This document shows positions 1 to 15,126 of a stretch of 64,000 nucleotides of DNA, one piece after another; positions within the stretch are counted from its first letter, which is position 1, and every line of letters begins with the position of its first letter. The stretch is from the NCBI GenBank assembly GCA_025786725.1, contig JAHLTZ010000010.1:372001-436000 (forward strand), given 5' to 3'. A program made the position numbers and the translations under genes. The stretch comes from Syncephalis fuscata S228. Taxonomy: Eukaryota > Fungi > Zoopagomycota. The notes under the pieces were generated by a model that was given only the letters and a program-made list of their open reading frames with translations, made no database searches and was not told the DNA's origin.

Positions 1-829
1 TTGCATTGGCAATTGTTGATTGGTGGACACAGTTTCTCGGCCTTTCAGCATTTCCGATTTGTATCTCACGTTATAGAAGCCTTGTGTTGTTGTTGTTGCC
101 AATGCTTTAAAGCAGGTGTGCACGTCGCTGCTTCTTTTCTCGCTACAATACACGTTTGCATTACATTCTACTTTAAAATTATACTGTTAAAATTTTACAT
201 CTGTAACTGGTCGGCAAGACGTTAAACTTTTGACACTAAACGGGTAGGTGCTAGGCTTTAACGATATCTTTAGATGGAAAAGCTCTATTTATTTGGTTGG
301 CTATAGCGCAGTTACAATATTGACAACAGCTCATCTTTGAGCTGGCTGCTTTATAATAGTGTATACCAAAAGTAAAACGCGTACTACCTGACTACTTATT
401 CGTATGCACTTTGAGCTGCCATGAATGGAGCAATAGATACGCCGCCAATAGATAGGCATGGCACTTTCCCATATAAACGCTATCAGATTAATAGCATGAT
501 TTACGCAGCTACTAACTCCGCTCTTATTCGCTTTATTCTCATTCTTGATTATTACCACTTGCTACTTTTTAGATTGGCACCGGTCTATTGTTTGTTCTAC
601 TCTACAATTCTAGTACAGTACTCCTTTCACTTTTAAGTATAATCTGTAAGTAAATCAACAGCTATTTCTTGAGCGCGTTTTATTTTTTGTTCTACTGCTG
701 TGTTACTTGTACTAAAACAATGATGATTGCAATCAAAAAAGTAGCCATAATACATGCCTATAAACACTGGTTTGAGTCTTAATAGCCACTAACATAGACT
801 ATGCATAAATCTGTTATATTAGCTATAAA

Positions 830-3204
830 ATGTCGTCCGCCGTCTCACTTGATACGCTGGTCGTCGCTGGTCTAGTCGTTAGCGGCGCAATCTTTATCTT
901 TCGAGGATCGCTATTTGGCGGCAATTCTGGCACTGCCAAAACCATCAATACCATTGGCAGCACCGGTGCAGGCGCAGCAAATGGCGTGCAACGTAAAAAG
1001 CGCTCACGCAACTTTGTAGAAGTTATGGAGCAAACGGTAGGTAGTTTATAGTAATAACTGTGGATTGAGTCGAACTAATAATTACGTAGGACAAAAATGT
1101 CATTGTGTTTTTTGGCTCACAAACTGGCACTGCTGAAGATTACGCAAACCGTGTTGCTAAGGAGGCCCAAAAGCGATATGGCCTTCGGTGCATGGTGGCC
1201 GATATAGAAGATTATGACATGGAACGTCTTGACCGTCTACCGAGTGACCATTTGGCCGTTTTTGTCGTAGCCACCTACGGCGAAGGCGAGCCAACTGATA
1301 ACGCCACTGAATTCTGGAATTTTCTTATTGTCGACTCTGAAGGTGACGTTCCTACCTTCAGTCGCCAGGACGAAGGCGATGTCGAGGAAGAAGATGCCGA
1401 AGGAAACTCTACAGAGGGCCGCCCGCTGCATAATCTACGCTATGTGGTATTTGGCCTGGGTAACCGCACCTATGAACACTTTAACGCTGTGGCTCGGCGT
1501 CTAGACGAACGTCTTACCAGTCTTGGAGGTCACCGCATTGGTGAGCGTGGTGAAGGCGATGACGACGCTAATTTGGAAGAAGACTTTATCACATGGAAGG
1601 ATGGTGCATGGCCAGCTATTGCCGAGGCAATGAACGTGAGCGAACAGCTAGCATCGTAAGTAGCATTAGGCAGCTATAATAATGCCATATTACTCACCGC
1701 TATTTTATTATTTAGTGCTCATGAGCCAGAGTTTATTCTGACCGAATTGAGTGAAGATCAATACGATGCGAAGAACATCTACCGCGGCGAGCTAACAGAA
1801 CGCCGAGCCACAGGTGGCAGCAGCTATATTTACGATATTAAACGTCCATTTATGGCTGGCCTTCAAGTCACCCGCCAACTATTTGCATCTGAAGCAGGCC
1901 GGCATTGTATGCACGCCGAGGTGGATTTACGCGGCTCAAACATATCCTATACTGCTGGTGATCATTTGGCAATCTGGCCAGTAAACTCGGAGCATGAAGT
2001 GACACGAATTGCACGTGTCTGTGGCATTACCGAGGACAAACTAGACACTGTTGTACGCGTAGTGAGCTCGGACGAAACGGCTGCCAAAAAGCACCCATTC
2101 CCGCAGCCGACAACTTATCGTGATATATTCCGCCACTATATTGACATCAATTCGTGTCCTTCTCGTGAATTTGTTGCCATTCTGGCCCAATTCGTCTCTG
2201 CACCTGCTGCTCATGCTTATCTTGTTCAGCTTGGCAGTGATAAAGATGCATATCAACGCGATGTGCTTGAGTGCCATATGAATCTGGCAACATTGATTGA
2301 ACAGGCTGCAGCCGCTGAAGAAGAAGCTGTAGAGCTAACAATACCTGCCGCTATTGCCATAGAAGGCTTGGGCCGTCTACAGCCACGTTATTACAGTATC
2401 AGCTCTAGTCCTAAGGTCAATCCAAATCACGCACATGTTACTGCCGTAGTTGTAGACCACGAAGTAGCGTACAGTCGTCGCTTTCAAGGTGTCGCTACCA
2501 ATTATTTGTTGGCCGCACACAATTCCTTAACAACTGGCGGTCTTGTCCACATCAACGGTGTAACTAATGACGATGTAGTAACATCGGTTGTGGATTATAA
2601 TGCATCTGCAACACATCATTTGACCATGGAGCCAGTAGTTCACGAAGACGGCGAAACAAACCAACCTGACATGCGTGTTCGTGTGCCAGTATTTGTTCGT
2701 CCTTGCTCCAACTTTAAGCTGCCTCGCGATCCATCCCGACCGGTTATTATGGTAGGACCAGGCACAGGCGTAGCACCTTTCCGCGCTTTTGTTCAAGAAC
2801 GTGTTCACTTGGCGCGCAAAGGAACCGAACTTGGCCCTACAGTGCTTTTCTTTGGCTGCCGTCATCGCGAACAAGATTTTATGTATCGCGAGGAATGGGA
2901 GGCCTACTTTAAGGAACTACCTAGCGACAAAAGTGAAATGGTTCTAGCATTTTCACGAGAACAAGACCAAAAGGTCTACGTGCAAAATCGCATGCAAGAA
3001 CGCCAAGCAGATTTATGGCGTTGGTTGCATGAAGAACAGGGCTACTTTTACGTGTGCGGTGATGCTAAAAACATGGCAAGAGCTGTTAACAATCAGTTGG
3101 CACAGATGGCACAACAAGTAGGCGGTTTAAGCGAGGAGCAAGCCGTGCAATGGGTCAAGGATTTGCGCGGCAATGGTCGTTACCAAGAAGATGTTTGGTC
3201 ATAA
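830..3204 (+). CDS. CPR1: NADPH-cytochrome P450 reductase (3 exons: 830-1036, 1090-1655, 1716-3204)
   Basis: N-terminal TM anchor; FMN motifs FFGSQTGTAE, ATYGEGEPTDNA, VFGLGN; FAD motif PRYYSISSS; GPGTGVAPF, LFFGCR, YVCGDAKNMA; C-terminal DVWS. GT-AG introns 1037-1089 and 1656-1715 join the ORFs in frame. Confidence 0.97.
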
Positions 3205-4179
3205 TTTACAAACATTTATTATTATTACAATTATAGTCAACACGTTAATATTCAAATAAACAGATATTCATTATTTTATTCACTACATTACGTTCTAATA
3301 TAATCGTTATTAGAGACATGAGCTAAAAAAGTAAAATGGCATAAATACACATTGTTATGATACAGAACTACAGTATTGTGATTACCTGATTATCTGCCAT
3401 ACGATCAATCCATGACTTACTAGGTAATTGAATAGCTTACTTTAATAATATGTGAGTAGATGCAATAATAAAACACTAAGCTACAAGTAAGCGTAAGCAA
3501 GACAATGGCCATTAAAACGATAATTGTCACAGCATTCTAGAAATTTTCCAATAAGCAATACAATGCATTTTTAATTACTAAAGACTTTGTAATACTAAGC
3601 TTTGTTTAATATAATTTCTATGCAGCTAATCAATGGCATAGCATGTAATATACGATATGATACACTAGCAAACAATAAGAAAGTATATTAATAGTAAAGC
3701 TATTGTATGTTTAATAATAAAAACAAACATATCATATCCTTGTATTTGCTTACACTTTCTTGCATTTTATAACTATTTGCATTTGTTTATAATTGCCTAT
3801 AAAGCTTTATACAATCTTACAGTGGTATGTATATTTTTATAATTGTTTGTTTATTTATCCGTATATCTATATAAATTTATAATTGGTCATATGGCCATAT
3901 ATTAACTTGTACAACAACTAAAGTAGCTGGTTGACAATATAACCGTGTAATTACTCATATAACTATATAATCATATGATGATCTAGCTGGTTGTATACTA
4001 TCAGCATGTTATATTTTTCCATTTGGCACTTTTCTATAGCACTGTATGTTTACCTTATCAGCTATTTTTTAACAATATGTCGGCTTTTAATTATAGCTTT
4101 ATTATAAACATTTGCTCATTGAATCAATGTGTATCATGGCATTTATTATATTATATTTGTTTAATCGTTACATCATCAC

Positions 4180-4400
4180 ATGTAGTGTGATTTGGGGTCA
4201 AATTACTTTTTTTTGTAACGTTCGCGTAGTTGAACTACATTTTCGTTCTATTGAACATGAGTACAAGTGGTAAGTTTTATTTAATCATTACATCATTACA
4301 TTTATTGTTTGCATGGTGGTCAAATAACTATATTTAATGACGCCTAATCTATTGAACATGATGATGAGCGGTGAGTGACATCAGTAATCAAATACTCATT
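4180..4400 (-). repeat. Degenerate inverted copy of dispersed non-coding repeat (right-end part)
   Basis: Reverse complement of ~4310-4390 (tgattactgatgtcactcaccgctcatcatcatgttcaatagattaggcgtcattaaatatagttatttgaccacc) aligns by eye with 12545-12620 and 41400-41460; 4186-4206 matches 12607-12630 in inverted orientation. Confidence 0.7.
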
Positions 4401-5763
4401 ATTGTAGCTTTATTATACAGTATGCATATATACTCTATTCACCTATATCATTCCCATTCTATTCCACACTTATATATACCATTTTATAACATACTAGATA
4501 CATTCTATTGTTTATATGTTCCAATACACTCTACTCATTCCCCTCATTGCATTATATGCACTATAACTTTGATATCATTTTATATACTTTCTCGCTGTAC
4601 ATTTATCATTTTATATATCATTCTATACTCGTCTAGCCTCCTCTATCCAAAACTATTTTTATTTTTGTTCTATCTTTATTATTAACAAATGTTGACTAAT
4701 GTCGGTCATCTGCTCATGCATATATGCTTAATAACTTGAACATTGCTAATCTCATTCAATACTGCATACTCATTATAATGCTTATCATTTTATTATATAT
4801 TGGCTATACGCTGTCTATAGCCGTTGTCGGTATGATTCCAACTCTTTATTAATAAACATTGACATATCACACATCGAACTGTTATATAATTTACTTCTTT
4901 TCTATATTGTTTTTGTTTACTTGAACTACATTTGCATATCATAATAATCATATTCAATGATTGCAATTATTTTATTCTTTTTATACTTGTAGACCATTTC
5001 AACAAAGATATTTAACAATTCAATGTAAAAAGTCTTTTATTCTATTAAATGTTATTTTAACTTCAACTAATACCGTAGCGCGCATATAATGCACTTACTA
5101 ATAAACAGTAATTGATATGTAACAAATAGTTATTTATTACAAAAATAACAGTGTAAAAATATTTATGCAAGTATTTTCCCACGGTACTTTAAATTAATCC
5201 CTGACAAAGCTTATAAATGTTAAAGTTTATTTTAGTAAAAAGTACCATTTTTCTTTTTATTTCACGTACAATCTACGTTATTCCAACTGCAATTTGAGGT
5301 ATTGGAATTTGGAACCCATGGCTTTAAAATGGGGACAAATAACAAAAAAAAGTATTAAATAAAAATCAATATTAATATAATTAATATAAAAGTCGTTTAT
5401 TAAACAGCCACTTTTTCTATAGCCAATCTGACTAAATAAATGGCATTTTAAACAATTAATATTATAAGGGTGGTATATATATTAAAGCAGTAATAAATAT
5501 AACTAATTGATTACATTATTGTATTGCTAATTATAGGTGAATTTACAAGATATACGATTATACGATTAAATGAACAAAACAAGTTAATGGATAGAACAAA
5601 TATAATTTAATAATAAACGCCTTTTATTAATAGTGTGTATTCAATATATGCTATAATGATATATATTAAAATGAATATACGATGGCAAAGTATGGATAGT
5701 AACAAATAATGCTAATATTGCAGCTAATAACTTATTTACTTTGAATAATAATAACAATTGCTT

Positions 5764-9815
<4,052 letters not shown>

Positions 9816-10092
9816 GGTGACTTGTAACAATAATATAAAACTTGAACGTGCTTGGGAATAGCAACGTGAAATAAAGTAAAGTTTAGCTTAATAATAGAAT
9901 ATAAATTGGATAATTGCAATATTTAATAAATATCGCAAAGAGCGTGCTATCAAACGTATAGCAAAGCTAGAGAAACAGTAATACTCGGTTACTTTAACAA
10001 GCCAATATAATATGTAAACTCAGTTTATTTATACATTTCATGCTGGTGCATGGGTCGCCCATGGTCTAGTTTTAATTGTTTAGAAAATAGTA

Positions 10093-10106
10093 ACATGACG
10101 TCATGT
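10093..10106. promoter_or_regulatory. Perfect 14-bp palindrome containing a CRE (TGACGTCA) upstream of ENA
   Basis: ACATGACGTCATGT about 280 bp upstream of the ENA ATG; canonical ATF/CREB bZIP site. Confidence 0.55.
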
Positions 10107-10645
10107 AAAATAGGACATAGCCAGTATAGGAAGCAAGCCTTCCATAGAACAATTATTTTCAGTTTGTTACTCCGCTTAAAGATTTACACTCATGCACACA
10201 CACACACACAGTAGATGTGAGAAAATGCTATCGATATGCATGTTGACTCACACGATTTAGATATACAGCAATGCTATTGGCGCTAGATAATAGAAACACA
10301 TATATATATATAGACATTGGCGCGGTATAATATCGCTTTAAGAATATATCTTTGTACCACCTTGGGAATAATAGAAATTCTAAAATTGAGGCGGGAAATT
10401 GCGGCCATTGTTTATGAAGTTCCGGAATATTCCGTGGATCGTTTTCACAGTCATATATTACTCATTGGTGTTCTGTCAATGTGGTTCGAGCAAACAATAA
10501 AAATGTATGATTTACATGGCAACTCAGCCTTGTCTCAGCAGAGCATATGCACGTGTAACCATGAGGGTACATGTAGGTCATTTCTAGATAAACACGGCAC
10601 CAATTCACCGAGCCGATAAGCGAGTGATGCTTTTGCAAGGTACTG

Positions 10646-10655
10646 TTGACGTCAA
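10646..10655. promoter_or_regulatory. Second CRE palindrome (TTGACGTCAA) upstream of ENA
   Basis: Exact TGACGTCA at 10647-10654. Confidence 0.45.
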
Positions 10656-10975
10656 TATGAACTCTACCAAAAAAACAACGTCAAAAGGTCATGTACATTT
10701 AGTCGAATATTGTCATTATTACGCAGTGATATGATTGCATTATTATTTTATCAGTAAGCTTGAAATCAAAAATAGTTTTTAATAAAATTTATTAATGTCT
10801 GGATGTTAAAAGCAATAGTTTTTACAAATCATATTAGTTCAAATCTGCAATGATCTGATTTGGTCCATTTGTAATCTGATAAAAAAGAAAATTATTGTTT
10901 ATTGGCTAGTGATAAAACTATAGCCATTTGTGGGATAATAGACTAATTCGCAACTAATGAACATGTTCTATACTA

Positions 10976-12613
10976 ATAACTCAAATAATAAATCGTCAAT
11001 TAGTTTTTAATACTGAGAATTATCATTTGTTGAAGCGACACTATGTCAACTTTTTCTGAATTAATTGAGATGAGCCAGTCCGTACTATTTTTAATATCCG
11101 ATATCAGTGTTAATAAATGTTATAGTATTATATGCTGCTTACAATAAAATATTATAGTTTGATTATGATGTTGATGCAACAGCGTCAATTTGATTTCTTG
11201 TAGTAGTTAATGGTAAGAAATTAGGCCCTGATTTACCGCTGGCCATTGTACTGAATACACTGTGCATGTTTCTACTGGAATTAACATCGCTTATTTATTC
11301 ATTCATTTAAACCATTGGTCTATTGCTCCATCATTTAGAATATGATTATGATTTGTTATTTTAATAATACTATTTTCTATGACTACATTTGTCATTAATA
11401 AACTAACTTTATTATATTTCCTATTATACTCGGTATATTATTGGCAATTGTTCTATAATAATGACATTTGGTATTAAATGGTTTTATTTTTTTAATACAT
11501 TCGTTACTATACTGAATATATGTTCTATTATAATGAGTAGTTTCGATGTTAAATGGCTTTTATTTTTAGTGTATTTATTCATTTACTATTAATCTGTTCT
11601 ATGATGTATCGACATGTTGGGTAGATTGACTTTTATTATTTACACTTCATTTATTAATCAATTAAACTCGGCTGTTTATAAATATTGACTGACAGGCTCA
11701 CATCTCACAATCTACGTCATCACATTTCCCTTTCTCTTTCTTTACACTTGACAGCATATATCCATTGCATATACTTGTACACTTCATATATACCATCTAA
11801 ATAGTGTTAGTAGTTGACTGACTACTAGTTATGTACAGACACTATTTACACTGCTTTTTGTAATCTGACTTTTTGCAAATCACCTTCATTGCTCTGATCA
11901 TTGCTTTTGACATCTTTACTAACACGATAGGTGCATTTCTGGCTTATTTGTATGTTATGTTGAGCATATAGTGTTAAAATCACATTGCATGTTTTGTTTT
12001 TACTATAAGTCGCCATTACAATTCGCACTACTGTATTGGCGCTAAATACTTATTCAACGACCATACTAGCAGTGCCTTCAATATCACTACTGTCTTATAC
12101 GCATAACTGCCAAAGCTACTATATGTTTTGGTTTGCTATAGATCGCCACTATAGATCGTGCTGGCAACAGCATATGCAACAGCAACAGTGGTAGATCGCA
12201 CTGTATGGTACTGAATACATATTTAGTGACCATACTAAAAGTGCAATCTACTACTTTTAAAAAATCTGCAGTGGTGATCTATGGCAAACTAAAAAATGCA
12301 GCGGATTTAGCAACATATAGACTGTATACAGCACTAAAATCTATGACAGCCGTATGTTATATACTAGTATATGTGCTAATGTATATACATACTTGTAATG
12401 AGCGGTGAGTAATGTTAGATCGATAGCTATTATTGTTTATTATTATTATTATGATATAATTAACAAATAAATAAATAAATAAGATTAATAAATAAACGTT
12501 GATTTATATTACTGTTGCTGTAAAGTATTTAAAGTATTATAATTTGATGACTAATGTCACTCATCACCCACCATCATGTTCAATAGGTTGAATGTTATTA
12601 AATTTAGTCATTT
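10976..12613 (+). mobile_element. Putative degenerate non-coding transposon relic, long copy
   Basis: Left end 10976-11150 and right end 12487-12613 are each clearly homologous to consecutive parts of 41151-41460; no coding remnant recognised. Confidence 0.55.
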
Positions 12614-13936
12614 AATCACCAAATCACATTAAATGATCAATAAAATGCATAAAACAAATTGCTTTGTTATTATCCTAATATTATAAACATACCATTATGA
12701 TAGCATGGCTAAGAAGTATACCATGTGATTAAGCAGCATATTGTAGACGAATGGTAGTCAAAACAATACATATAAACGGAATTGCGATAGTTGATGAACA
12801 ACAGGGAGCAAGTTTATTATTAGTACAACATTACCTAAATAACATACTACATTCTGAATGTTAAATGTTTTAGTAAACATCAAAGACTATTATAGGATAA
12901 GATATTAACTGATCATCTAAAGTACAGGCATTAGAATTAGAATTAGAATTGCAACACTGATCTGCTGTTGATTGCAACTATTATGCACAATGCTATTAAG
13001 AACATTGGGCCATTCTTACAAACAACTATATACATTAATAGATAAGCAATGCTAGAAAGATAAATTGATTAAATACGCTATTCTTTGATATAAAAAGTTT
13101 TACTACTGTAGATAGATTCAAAATAGAATATCCAAATGTCCATACGGTTGTACTAGCTAAAATGGTAAACGCATGGCCAGTCATGCAAACCAGCCATCTA
13201 CACTTTGCACAACAAACATCATTAATCAGATCAAAACCGGATATTTGCGACACGAGCAACAATTAATAATTTTTCATCTAGTATCGGTTGAAATCACAAT
13301 CATTAGCATAATGATACGGTCTTTGGTGGGATATATATAAATAGATAAATAAAACTTACCAAGTTATTGGTGTAGTGGTGTGTGTGTGTGTATAGGCTGC
13401 CACTCCCTGTAGCCGGTTTATGTGCAGCATCATTTGCGTTTACTGCAAACTAAAATTAGCTGTCTATTCCAGCCGGTTGATGCAATATGCACTCCCTGCG
13501 CCTTTTCAAGCAGCTGCAGATAACTGAAACATGCAGTCTAGTCAGTTTGATACTCATACGCGTGGTTCAGTACAGTATTTGTATTCCTTTTTAATACAAT
13601 ACTTTTATAAAGAAGAAAATTTGCCATCATTCCTCACATCACATTCTCCCACCTGTTCTTTTTACTACTCCAAGATTGTGTCTATTAAACGCTGCTGCTG
13701 TTGCTACTGCTACTGCTACTGCTGTTGCGAAAGTGTTCAGCTTACTTTTTAATCGATCTTACCTTCGAGTCTTGTAACTGTTGTCATCAACAACTTACAC
13801 TCGTTTACGCTTTCCACTCGTTATTGGCATCTCCGGCATTCTAACTTAGATTGCTGTAATACACGCAGCTGTGTTTATTACAGCATAACTGCTAGTCATC
13901 ATCAGCAACTGATTTGTCCTTAAAGAATTGGTACGT

Positions 13937-14000
13937 TAGCGTTGCGTTACGTGCACTTCAAACACGTGTGTCTGCTACGTCGTGTTTGAAGTACGCGCTA
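13937..14000 (+). other. Stem-loop just downstream of a candidate 5'UTR intron donor of the Pumilio gene
   Basis: ACTTCAAACACG (13955-13966) / CGTGTTTGAAGT (13981-13992) form a perfect 12-bp stem, extendable by TAGCG/CGCTA; donor-like GTACGT at 13931. Confidence 0.5.
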
Positions 14001-15126
14001 TTTAATAGTATCAAAGCTTATGCTGTCGTTATTAGTGTTCAATAGCTTACTGACCAAATTATTGAACACTAATAGCGATGGTATATATTGTAGGTTACTT
14101 GATATATATTACTCAGCCGCCTATTAGTGTTTAAAGGTGACATTATCTATAAATGTTAAGGGACAATGGTATAATAATAGCATAGCACTAAGCTGAATAT
14201 GAAAACAATATCCATCAGCTCAGCTTCAGTATTGTACTATTATTACACTGTTATCCATTTGTAACTCATAGATAATACGACTTCATTTCTTAACTATTAA
14301 TGGGCAATATTAATATGCATACAAAACACCCATTTACACATACACACGCACACACATATACACACACGGTGCCCCATTCTATCCTGTTTACTTCTCCTCA
14401 TTGCTGCTCATCTGCCTTGTTTGGCCCTTTTCTATTAACATCTTCCTCCACTCGTATTCGTTATAGCGCCTATTGAAGCTATTCCTACTATAGCATCGTT
14501 ATTTCTATTCTTTGCTGATTTACACGCTTTTCTCCATCTTTCATTACTCGTGCCCTAGTTGCTACTGCTGTTATTGCTATTGTTGTTAGCGTCATCGTGT
14601 TGGATCTTTAGTGACCACGCGAATTGTAAGGTGTGACTTTTGCCTCAATAGAGTTTATACACGTTGCACGTATATTACAAGGATCTGTCTGCCTGATATC
14701 TATATTTGCTGTTAGATGACTATAGATTAGAAAAAGACGACCTGTGTGCATTGCATTATTATTAGCGAGTGCATCTGTACTATTTGTCGTTTAATCTATA
14801 CTAAAACACGATTTACTAACGTAAAAGGTTTTGTTTTTATTAATACAGCTGGCGTGCAGGCAGGCCTTTCGTTACATCACTTACTGGTTGTGCTTTGCTG
14901 CTTAAGCGTGTGCGTGCATTAAATACAATATTTTCGTTGGCTGTACAATTGTACACATCTATTCATCTACACACACACACACAATTTGATTTTTACTAGA
15001 ACTTGGTAGGTTGCATACAAATATTATATAGTTTAGTTATAGGGCAGTTTAGCTAACTATTATTTATTTGCTATTTATATAAACACTGTAACCTTGTCAT
15101 TTAGTCAACTAAATTGACGTAAATCC

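Noticed and set aside
1-700. Short ORFs at the window start
   Set aside because: Non-ATG or low-complexity ORFs with no motifs; more likely promoter or intron-containing leader of the CPR gene.
13931-14093. TPP riboswitch in the structured leader intron
   Set aside because: Conserved CUGAGA and GAUAAU-type aptamer motifs are absent, and the gene is unrelated to thiamine.
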